Positions 9,301 to 17,516 of a stretch of 17,516 nucleotides of DNA are shown piece after piece. Positions within the stretch are counted from its first letter, which is position 1, and every line of letters begins with the position of its first letter. Source of the DNA: Zygophlyctis sp. KS116 (taxonomy: Eukaryota > Fungi > Chytridiomycota); NCBI GenBank assembly GCA_054661495.1, contig BAAFSQ010000207.1, positions 1 to 17,516 of the forward strand, given 5' to 3'. Made by a program: the position numbers and the translations under genes. A model generated the notes under the pieces. That model had not been told where the DNA came from. It made no database searches and saw only the letters and a list, made by a program, of their open reading frames with translations.

Positions 9301-10401
9301 TCTAATTCTGTACGATTACTTTCAGAGTTTTTATAAATTTCCTTCAAATCAGATTAAATATTAGATACCTTGTGTTCCTCTTCCAATACTTTGTATTCAT
9401 TTTCAAGCCCTTTCATTTCTTCTAAAATATGAGAGTGTTTATCCTTGTCTTGTTCAGAATGTTCATTAAGTTCACACTAAGATTTGAAAATCTAAAAGTT
9501 ACCAAATTCGACTCAAGGCCCTTTAATCCAGCCTCTCCGGCGGCCTTTTGAAGCTGAAAGTAGATATTCTTTGACCTTGAAAGAGAATTTTCCAAATTTA
9601 CATATTCCAGTGTTTCTTCCTTTTTATTCTACAATTTTAATTCATTAATCACACCTCTAGAGAATTTTTATCCTTTTCAACAATTTTAAGCATTGTTAGT
9701 TTCTCTTCTCTCTCGTCATTAATTTCATCCACATATTTTCTAGATTGATCTATAGGTTCTTTGAATCGTGAAGTTCCAATAATATCTTCTAAATATTCCA
9801 ATAAACCTTCTTCGTGCTCATTCTGTCCTTTGGGTTTCATTAATGCAATAGACTCTACTTCTCCCTGTACAAATTAGAATGCGAATATGTACTTGTAATA
9901 TTAAGAACCTTTTATGATCCAAATCAACACCTTTTCCTTTAAGTAGCCGTGTAACTTCAGTAAAGTTTGATGCAAAATGATTAATCTTGTATATACTCTT
10001 ATCAGCCTTTCCGTTTGGATCCTTTTCAACAATTCGCGAAATAACAAGCTCTGATCCAGGTACTATTTGAATATCATTGTTATTTTCAATAATTTCATGA
10101 AAATACACATGAACTGATGCGCTGGTTAAATTAGGAAACTTTGCAGAATTATGAATGAGTTCAGAGAGCTTCCCCTGTCTCATTTTTTTGGCTTTAAATC
10201 CAAAAACAAATAGTAATGCATCAATTACATTTGACTTTCCACTTCCGTTCGGACCAACAATCGACGTGAACGACTTGTATTAATTCTTGGAATAATTACA
10301 GTATGAAACGGTCCTATTTCTACTGTTCCACCGTATGATTTGAATTGCTTCAATACCATCTTGTTAATAACTAGCCTTGAAGACTCTTGATTTCCCAACA
10401 T
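6380..10401 (-). CDS. SMC4: Condensin subunit SMC4/Cut3, ~1213 aa, 15 exons
   Basis: RLVINKMVLKQFKSYGG, Walker A GPNGSGKS, HKRFLILQGEVESIALMKPK, hinge GRLGNLG and VTLDGQLIDTSGTMSGGG, signature LSGGEKTLSSLAL, Walker B YVMDEIDAALDFRN. Introns 10274-10299, 9865-9892, 9629-9654, 9477-9502, 9342-9368, 9186-9212, 9011-9040, 8780-8804 (GC-AG), 8672-8701, 8489-8512, 7788-7817 (GC-AG), 7255-7282, 7119-7144, 6988-7014. Confidence 0.97.
7788..7817 (-). other. GC-AG intron (30 nt) in SMC4
   Basis: AG|gcaagtttaataatcatctctaatttctag|A restores the frame into NRTKP. The nearby GT donor at 7813 leads to a TAG six codons later. Confidence 0.8.
8780..8804 (-). other. GC-AG intron (25 nt) in SMC4
   Basis: AAG|gcaagattatgtatttaattgtcag|AAA restores the frame. 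The internal GT (15-nt option) creates TAA at the junction. Confidence 0.75.
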
Positions 10402-10751
10402 TTTTAATTTTCCTTTGCGGACTCCGCTATTTTGATAGAGTTGATGATATTTAAATAATTTGTAAATAATCCTTTAAAAATTATTTTAATTTGAGACCTG
10501 ATTGCATAATTCTAAATATATATGTCGTCCGGAATACATAATATTCTCCTATTGATCAGGAATTCTATGTGGCAGGGGACTAATAGGCGAGATGGAGGGT
10601 TGAAAGATCGAACTGTATCAATATATTGGCATTCGAATTACATTGTCATGGAACATTATTTTTTCTGGATATGCAAATTTGAGTGCTTGGCTGATCTGAA
10701 AGAATCCAAAAATTCTTGAATTTACAAACCCCGACGCGCTTCAATTTAAAG

Positions 10752-11333
10752 ATGTCGTTATTGTACAATTCCAAACAGAAAAGAAGACAGAACCGTCCTG
10801 AACTTTCAGAAGAGCAAAAGGCAGAAATAAAAGAGGCTTTTGAACTGTTTGATACAGACAAGGATAATGCTTTGGACTATCATGAATTAAAAGTATTTTT
10901 AAGATTTAGTAAAAAAACAGGTGGCAATGAGGGCACTTGGGTTCGACGCAAAGAAACAAGAAGTATTAAAGATTTTAAGAGACGCCGATAAAGACGGACA
11001 AAACTTGATTGATTTTGATGAATTTAACAGAATAAGTATAAAAGTTGTTTGGGCTAATCGGAATAGTGGCAGAAAAAATAATGGATAGGGATCCTTTGGA
11101 AGAAATTAAAAAGGCCTTTGCATTATTTGATGATGATGGAACAGGGAAGATATCACTAAGAAATTTACGCCGTGTCGCAAAGGAAATTGGAGAAAATATT
11201 GATGATGATGAACTACAAGGCATGATTGATGAATTTGATCTGGATCAAGATGGAGAGAGTATGATATATTAATTTTAAAAATTTAGTTAATGAACAAGAA
11301 TTTATCAATATCATGATGGATGCAAATGAATGA
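10752..11333 (+). CDS. CETN3: Centrin-3/Cdc31 EF-hand protein, 164 aa, 4 exons
   Basis: [31 protein letters not shown]|VAMRALGFD is the centrin-3 subfamily signature. Also [34 protein letters not shown] and [18 protein letters not shown]. Introns 10893-10920, 11036-11066, 11259-11286. Confidence 0.95.
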
Positions 11334-11347
11334 TTTTATAATAAATT

Positions 11348-12541
11348 TCAATTTTGCGCTAAATAAATATGACCGTCATGATGGATACTACGCTGATGGC
11401 TTAACCAATTTGCAGCTGGGCATATTGGAAGTGTTTTAGAGGTTAACTCATCCCTCGCCTCGGTCATAAAGTCACGATTGTCGGTCACCGCTATGTACTT
11501 ATTTCTTGGTCCAAAATCTTCACTTTTAGCAATCTTTCCAGGATGATTAAAGTCTGTTTTATGAGTACTTTTAGCGTCAAATTTAGCTTCATTTGGAATG
11601 TATTGAGGCATTTGATGAACATATTTTGAGATTTGCTTAGGCTTATTATAAAGCGCAGAGTATTCTGTTTGCTTCTCAGTTGGTGAATCATTATAAATGT
11701 AAATTGCCTTTGGAGTTTGATATTTTGGAGGTACTTTCCATTTTTGATAAGCTTCTTTACTTGTAGTAGTAGCTTCAAACTTTTCCGAGACTGGAACATC
11801 ATAAACCTTTCTGGCCTAAATCATTTAAAATGTCAATTTTACCAAAATCCTGTTTGATTTATGTCCGATATATGAAGATGCAGATGTAGAACAAAAATCT
11901 CGATCATCATTAGATGAAATATAAGCAGCTCCGTCAGTTCTTCTTCTTGGAATTTCAGTTATTTTCCATGCCTTATAATCTTCTGCTTGTACTGATTCTT
12001 TTAAAGTTTTTGCATCTGATCTAATATATTCTGCAGGTTTGATCTTAAATTTAGGGGGTAGAGGAAAAGCCAAATAGTCTCTTTTATTGGTTGTTGTCCC
12101 ATCAAAAGTCCCTGATGAATTAACTGCAACTTGTTGTTGATATCTCCTTTGCGGACCATTTGTAATTGGCCATTGCTGATAATCTAATTTCTGAGTAGTA
12201 TCACTTTCAAAAGAACCTCCTTGAAGAATCACTTCTGCCTTTTTCGCAGAGACCGTTTTTGGCAATTGATGCTTTATAAATTGCTCTTTACTTTCTGTAT
12301 TTGCAACAAACTCTCCTCCACTTAATGGAACCAAGATTGGAGCTGCAGATTTCCCCTTAATTATTGAATCTGCACCATACTTTTTGTAGTTTTCACAATA
12401 TTCTTTAAATTTATATTTAGATCATATACCTGAATGCGCATCCAAGGCAGGACCGCAAGTCCATAAAGGCTTGCAAAGTTTATGTTTTCCACAAGAGCAC
12501 ACTTTACAGATGCAAGGATCAGATAGCGTCTTTGATTTCAT
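11348..12541 (-). CDS. SAXO: SAXO/FAM154 family stabiliser of axonemal microtubules, ~379 aa, 3 exons
   Basis: N-terminal CICKVCSCGKHKLC cysteine motif, then about 10 Mn-like motifs (FESDTTQKLDY, FDGTTTNKRDY, FEATTTSKEAY, FDAKSTHKTDF). Introns 12403-12429 and 11816-11842. An alternative in-frame ATG lies at 12553. Confidence 0.85.
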
Positions 12542-12728
12542 TTGTTTACGCATTTGTTTACCATGAGCTCATTGTATCACGTCCGAACTTTGCACTTGAT
12601 CGGCATTGTCTCTTTCCCTGATTTCCAACCTTACAACAGTTATCAATGATTATATAATAATGGAATTTTGTGTTTGCGATTCTTGCCCAAATTGATTTTT
12701 AAGGTGTGGACAAGGCCGTTGGTTACAA

Positions 12729-15379
12729 ATGGCAGACAAGAACAAGAAACGCAAGAGAAAGCTTCCATTTGCCGCAAAGGAAAAGACCATGTCTGCCTCA
12801 ATCCCCTCATTCTTTTATCAACCAGAGACAAAGGAAGATCAGGCAGAGTTTAAGAGTTTTGAAATCGCCAACCTTCAGGTTAAATTCCCTTTTGTACCAT
12901 AGTAAGATACAATTCTAAGAGTATAGTGAATCACAAAAGCTCATGATGGAGAAGATTATTAATTCTATTCGAAATTCTGAGAATGCCTTGTTAGAGTCTC
13001 CAACGGGGACTGGGAAGACTTTGGCGCTTTTGGTCGCCGCTCTTGCTTGGCAAAAGGATGATATGGAGTCTAATGATAATGCTTCTATGATTAAAGGGGA
13101 ACAGGTCTCTCAATATTTCACAAATGATAACGCAAAGGTTGAATCGTTTACCATTCCTCAGGTTGGAAAGGCACAAGCGGAAAAGAAATCTAAAACCAAA
13201 ATATATTTCGCAAGGTAAGAAAGAATTCTAAATCAAGTCGAACGCAAAAACAAATTCAGCAGGTTGTACATGAACTGAAAAAAAACACTCCTTACAGACC
13301 GAAAATGAGCATTTTGGGATCAAAGGAATTTTACTGTATAGATAAAGATGCTAAAGCTGCTGTAAATGTGAATGAACATTGTGACGAAATGCTCGAAATG
13401 GATAATTGCACGTTTTATCATAATGCTAAAAGGCTATCAAGATATGCAACTGGAGTATTTGATATTGAGGATTTAGTGAAATTGGGTAAAAAAGAAGCAG
13501 GCTGTCCGTACTATGCGGCTAGGATTATAGCTGATGATGCAGATATAATTTTCATGCCTTATAATTATCTGATAGACCCACTGATACGAGAATCATGTGA
13601 TATAAACTTGGAGAAGAATATCGTGATTTTAGATGAAGCTCACAATATAGAAGGTAAACTTTTAAGACTAATGATTAGACTTTTGCTCTAATTCTGCCTC
13701 TGTTGATTTTTCCACTAGTGAAGTTAGAAGTAAGTGATTTTTATTTGAATTTTAGGCGCAATAAAGGATTTAGATGATCTGATCAACAAAAATTGGAATC
13801 AAGGCTACCTTGTCAGCATCAAAGCATTTTTAACTCAGATATTGGATGGCGAAAAGATGTTTTCAAAAGTTACAAGAGTTGGAGAGTCGGTGGAAGTACC
13901 AATAAATGAGCTGTTGAAAGATATCACGAAGCAAAACGTCTCAGATTTAAGAAGGGATGTAGAATACATTCGACTAGAAATGCGATCAGAAGAGGATCGA
14001 TCCTCTTCATCATTGCCATTCACGAGATTAACAAACTTTACGGTGAGAACTCTAAGGATGTTCTGTCTAGTTTTTGAATTTGTGTTTGAAGCAACACAAA
14101 TTTTGGATTATAAGCTCGTATTGAGCAAAAAAGAGGTGTATGATCAAACGAATACAAACCTGATCTTGGAGAATAGAATAGGTCTCTGGTGTTTAAATTC
14201 TAGCATTGTATTTAATCAACTCTCAAACAAATGTCGATCAGTCATTCTGACTTCTGGGACATTATCTCCTCTTCATACCTTTTCGGGAGTACTTTCAAGT
14301 TTTTAGACTAAATTTTAGGAGCTGGGTACACAATTTCCTCAACAGCTTGAGGCTTCACATGTAATTAATGCAGACCAAGTATGTATTCGTAATTTCTAAA
14401 TTAATAGTTATGGATTGGATGCATTGAAAGTGGACCTAGAGGTACAACACTTATTGGAAACTACCAGAGCTTTTCTGACCAAGTATATCAAATTGAACTG
14501 GGCTTATCACTCGTAAGAATCGCCAAAATGATTCCAAATGGTATTTTAGTATTTATGCCTAGTTATGGATGTTTAGACAAATTACAAGAGGCCTGGAGAA
14601 TTCAAATCACACCATTACTCGAAAAAGAAAAGATGATTTTTGAAGAGCCACGGTCAGGTAGAATTAATTTCGAATCTCTCATGAAAACCTATAATTTAGC
14701 AGCATCCAGTGAAAAAGGCGCAATTCTATTTTGTGTTCAGCGAGGAAAGGTAACTTTTGTAAGGATTTATAAAAGATGAGTGAAGGAATAGATTTTTCAG
14801 ATTCATTAGCTCGAGCTGTAGTATGTATTGGAATACCTTATCCAAATTATACTGATTTAAGAGTCAAAATGAAGCAAAATTATAATACTCAATATTCTTC
14901 TTCTAAAAACCTTTTAAAAGGCAGAGATTGGTATAACATTCAAGCCTTTAGAGCTTTAAATCAAAGTATTGGAAGATGGTAATACTTTAATATTAAAAAC
15001 TAGTATTAGACATAAAAATGATTGGGGAGCTATAATACTTTTAGATTCTAGATATAAGAATAAGAGCGTAACCAATAATTTATCCAAATGGCTTAGAGAC
15101 CGAGTCAAATCATTCCCAAAACTCTCAGATGGCTGTAATTCTCTCAAAGCCTTTATCGAGCATAATACAGCCAGAGATAAAGCACCAACTGTAGAGCCTG
15201 AATCTAGTAAAAATGAAATTATTAAAACCGAAATTCTCCTGGACCAAACTAGAGGAGCAGAATTTAACATTCACGCTAAAGATGAACAAGAGAATGAATT
15301 CATAATAGTAAAAACGCACAAGACTGAGTCAACTCTCAAAAAGGAAGATCTGGAAGATAATTACATAATGGACATGTAA
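12729..15379 (+). CDS. BRIP1: FANCJ/BRIP1-like Fe-S DEAH helicase (XPD/Rad3 family), ~813 aa, 9 exons
   Basis: VKFPFVPYESQKLMM (Q motif), [18 protein letters not shown], four Fe-S cysteines (YCID, EHCD, DNCTFY, GCPYY), [54 protein letters not shown] and LSKWLR, which are FANCJ-type rather than RTEL1-type. Introns 12902-12926, 13215-13237, 13654-13678, 13730-13755, 14289-14318, 14379-14407, 14750-14775, 14979-15003. Confidence 0.88.
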
Positions 15380-15424
15380 TATTAAAAACCAAGTTTTTGG
15401 CAAGCGTAAATCAAACATGTATTG

Positions 15425-15796
15425 TTAAAAATTCCTTCCACGGCCTCTACCTCTCCCCCTTCCACGGCCTCTTCCTCGTCCAATCAACCGATCATTACTG
15501 TCTCCCTTTGGTTTCTTTGAATCGTCAATCAAGAGTGTATCTAGCGGTAGAGAGTCTGGCAGTATAAAATAACGAATATTATTTCCACGAATTGAAAGCG
15601 AATCTAGCGACACCGGATCTGCGTTTCTTATCGTCATTTTAACAGATTTAAGAGTTGTATTCATTTGGATGTCCACCGAAGCGATCGAGCCGCTGATCAA
15701 AGTGCCATTTTTCAGTTCTATAGTCACAGTCTCATTATGACATTTCATGAGGAATCTTTAAAGATTAGAGTAAGATTGTTACCTGGTGAGTTTCAT
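15425..15796 (-). CDS. SMD1: Small nuclear ribonucleoprotein Sm D1, 2 exons
   Basis: MKLTR|[18 protein letters not shown]...[23 protein letters not shown] with a C-terminal (GR)n tail. 27-nt intron at 15756-15782. Confidence 0.96.
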
Positions 15797-15886
15797 TTTT
15801 TTCTGATAGGGTTTCACAAAGTGTTTGGGATGTTTTTACTTGACGCTACTTGGACAAATAATTATTATGGAAAATGTATTAGAAAT

Positions 15887-17516
15887 CTAATCTATTAATC
15901 TTTTTTCCAAAATTTTGCAAATATCTTCTAAACGCCTGAAAAAGCGGTGCATTTCATGCACTTCAAAAGTTTCCAAAAGGATATGATCGTGTCTGATTGA
16001 TTGATCTATTCTTTCATCTTCCAGTAATAATTTAACAATTTCCATGTGACTCCATATTGCTGCTTTAATAATCGCTTGGTTATTCTGATCTGCAGGATTT
16101 ACTCTTGCATCTGCTAATAAAAGTTTTACTATTTCAGATTTTCTATAGTATGCTGCATTGATAATCGCTTGATTACTCTGATCTGCAGGATTCACTCTAG
16201 GATCTGCTAATAAAAGTTTTGCTATTTCAGAGTTTCCATAGGTTGCCGCATTGATAATCGCTTGATTATTCTGATCTGCAGGATTTACTCTAGGATCTGC
16301 TAATAAAAGCTTAAAGATTTCAGATATTCCAGAGGTTGCTTCTCGAATAAATGCTTGGTTATTCTGATCTGCAGGATTCACTCTAGGATCTGCTAATAAA
16401 AGTTTTGCTATTTTAGATTTTCCATAGTAAACTGCTCGAATAAATGCTTGGTTATTCTGATCTGCAGGATTCACTCTAGGATCTGCTAATAAAAGCTTAA
16501 TAATATCAGCGTTTCCCGTCTTAGCTGCTTCAATTATCGCTTGATTACTCTGATCTGCAGGATTCACTCTAGGATCTGCTAATAAAAGTTTTGCTATTTC
16601 AGAGTTTCCATAGTATGCTGCAATGATAATCGCTAGATTATCTTTCTCTGCAGGATTTACTCTAGGATCTGCTAATAAAAGTGTTAGAATTTCCAAGTTA
16701 TCTTTTTCAGCGGCATTGATAATCGCTTGATTACTCTGATCTGCAGGATTCACTCTAGGATCTGCTAATAAAAATTTAAGGATTTCAGATTTTCCATAGG
16801 TTGCTGCTCGAATAAATGCTTGGTTATTCTGATCTGCAGGATTTACTCTAGGATCTGCTAAAAAAAGTTTAAGGATTTCAGATTTTCCATAGGTTGCTGC
16901 TCGAATAAATGCTTGGTTATTCTGATCTGCAGGATTTACTCTAGGATCTGCTAAAAAAAGTTTAAGGATTTCAGATTTTCCAGAGGTTGCCGCATTGATA
17001 ATCGCTTGATTATCTTTGTCTGCAGGATTTACTCTTGCATCTGCTAATAAAAGCTTAATAATATCAGCGTTTCCCGTCTGAGCTGCATTTATAATCAATT
17101 GATTATCTTTGTCTGAAGGATCGACTCTAGGATCTGCTAATAAAAGTTTAAGGATTTCAGATTTTCCATAGTATGCTGCATTGATACTCGCTTGATCTGC
17201 AGGATTCACTCTAGGATCTGCTAATAACAGCTTAATAGGATCAGCTGCTTCAATTATCGCTTGATTACTTTGATCTGCAGGATTCACTCTAGGATCTGCT
17301 AATAAAAGCTTAAAGATTTCAGATTGTCCATAGTATGCTGCATTGATAATCAATTGATTATTCTGATCTGCAGGATTCACTCTAGGATCTGCTAATAAAA
17401 GCTTAATAATATCAGCGTTTCCTGTCTTAGCTGCTTCAATTATCGCTTGATTACTCTGATCTGCAGGATTCACTCTAGGATCTGCTAATAAAAGCTTAAT
17501 AATATCAGCGTTTCCC
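15887..17516 (-). CDS. Ankyrin-repeat protein with highly conserved internal repeats, 3' part (start lies beyond the window)
   Basis: Frame is open from 17515 (GNADIIKLLLADPRV...), so the track's start at 17473 is an internal GTG. At least 16 repeats of NPADQxNQAIIxAAxxGxxEIxKLLLADPRV, then a unique tail of about 36 aa. No introns. Confidence 0.92.
   Translation of the reverse strand, partial: GNADIIKLLLADPRVNPADQSNQAIIEAAKTGNADIIKLLLADPRVNPADQNNQLIINAAYYGQSEIFKLLLADPRVNPADQSNQAIIEAADPIKLLLADPRVNPADQASINAAYYGKSEILKLLLADPRVDPSDKDNQLIINAAQTGNADIIKLLLADARVNPADKDNQAIINAATSGKSEILKLFLADPRVNPADQNNQAFIRAATYGKSEILKLFLADPRVNPADQNNQAFIRAATYGKSEILKFLLADPRVNPADQSNQAIINAAEKDNLEILTLLLADPRVNPAEKDNLAIIIAAYYGNSEIAKLLLADPRVNPADQSNQAIIEAAKTGNADIIKLLLADPRVNPADQNNQAFIRAVYYGKSKIAKLLLADPRVNPADQNNQAFIREATSGISEIFKLLLADPRVNPADQNNQAIINAATYGNSEIAKLLLADPRVNPADQSNQAIINAAYYRKSEIVKLLLADARVNPADQNNQAIIKAAIWSHMEIVKLLLEDERIDQSIRHDHILLETFEVHEMHRFFRRLEDICKILEKRLID
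16010..17516 (-). repeat. Coding tandem array, 93-nt unit, about 16 copies
   Basis: The core CTGCAGGATT(C/T)ACTCTAGGATCTGCTAATAAAAG recurs every 93 nt (e.g. 17368 and 17461). Two units are shortened in frame, by 15 and 9 nt. Confidence 0.95.

Noticed and set aside
10702-10717. Minus-strand AATTTTTGG resembling an Sm site
   Set aside because: No U1, U2, U4 or U5 hallmark sequence nearby, and the RNA body would fall in the centrin coding region.
10522-12918. Small ORFs 10522-10719, 10646-10861, 12643-12831, 12668-12853, 12706-12918
   Set aside because: No recognisable motifs. Most are off-frame or antisense to centrin or FANCJ exon 1.
6380-15379. Fragmented SMC4 and FANCJ ORFs as pseudogenes or programmed frameshifts
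   Set aside because: Every break coincides with a 23-30 nt GT/GC-AG segment whose removal restores the conserved motifs.
16010-17516. CRISPR array or TALE-like DNA-binding repeats
   Set aside because: The units are contiguous in-frame ankyrin coding repeats with no unique spacers, no cas genes nearby and no TALE consensus.

Overview
AT-rich, extremely compact eukaryotic genomic DNA, not bacterial. The ORF track is fragmented because most genes are split by tiny spliceosomal introns. By hand I rebuilt 11 protein-coding loci: Nopp140/Srp40-like (partial), complex I subunit NDUFA1/MWFE, ARMH1, a disrupted alpha-arrestin, augmin subunit HAUS5, condensin SMC4, centrin-3/Cdc31, a SAXO/FAM154 microtubule-stabilising protein, a FANCJ/BRIP1-like Fe-S helicase, SmD1, and an intronless array of near-identical 31-aa ankyrin repeats (partial). 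The models use 49 introns: 48 are 20-31 nt and one is 64 nt. Two of them are GC-AG. Fungal-type sequences combined with centriole/axoneme genes suggest a zoosporic fungus such as a chytrid (inference only). Main points of interest: the ultra-short intron system, an 11-nt gap between the SMC4 stop and the HAUS5 start, a run of microtubule/mitosis genes, a shuffled ankyrin array with variation at surface positions, and an arrestin with an in-frame TAA plus a frameshift hiding a PY motif. Family calls are from recalled motifs; no database search was run.
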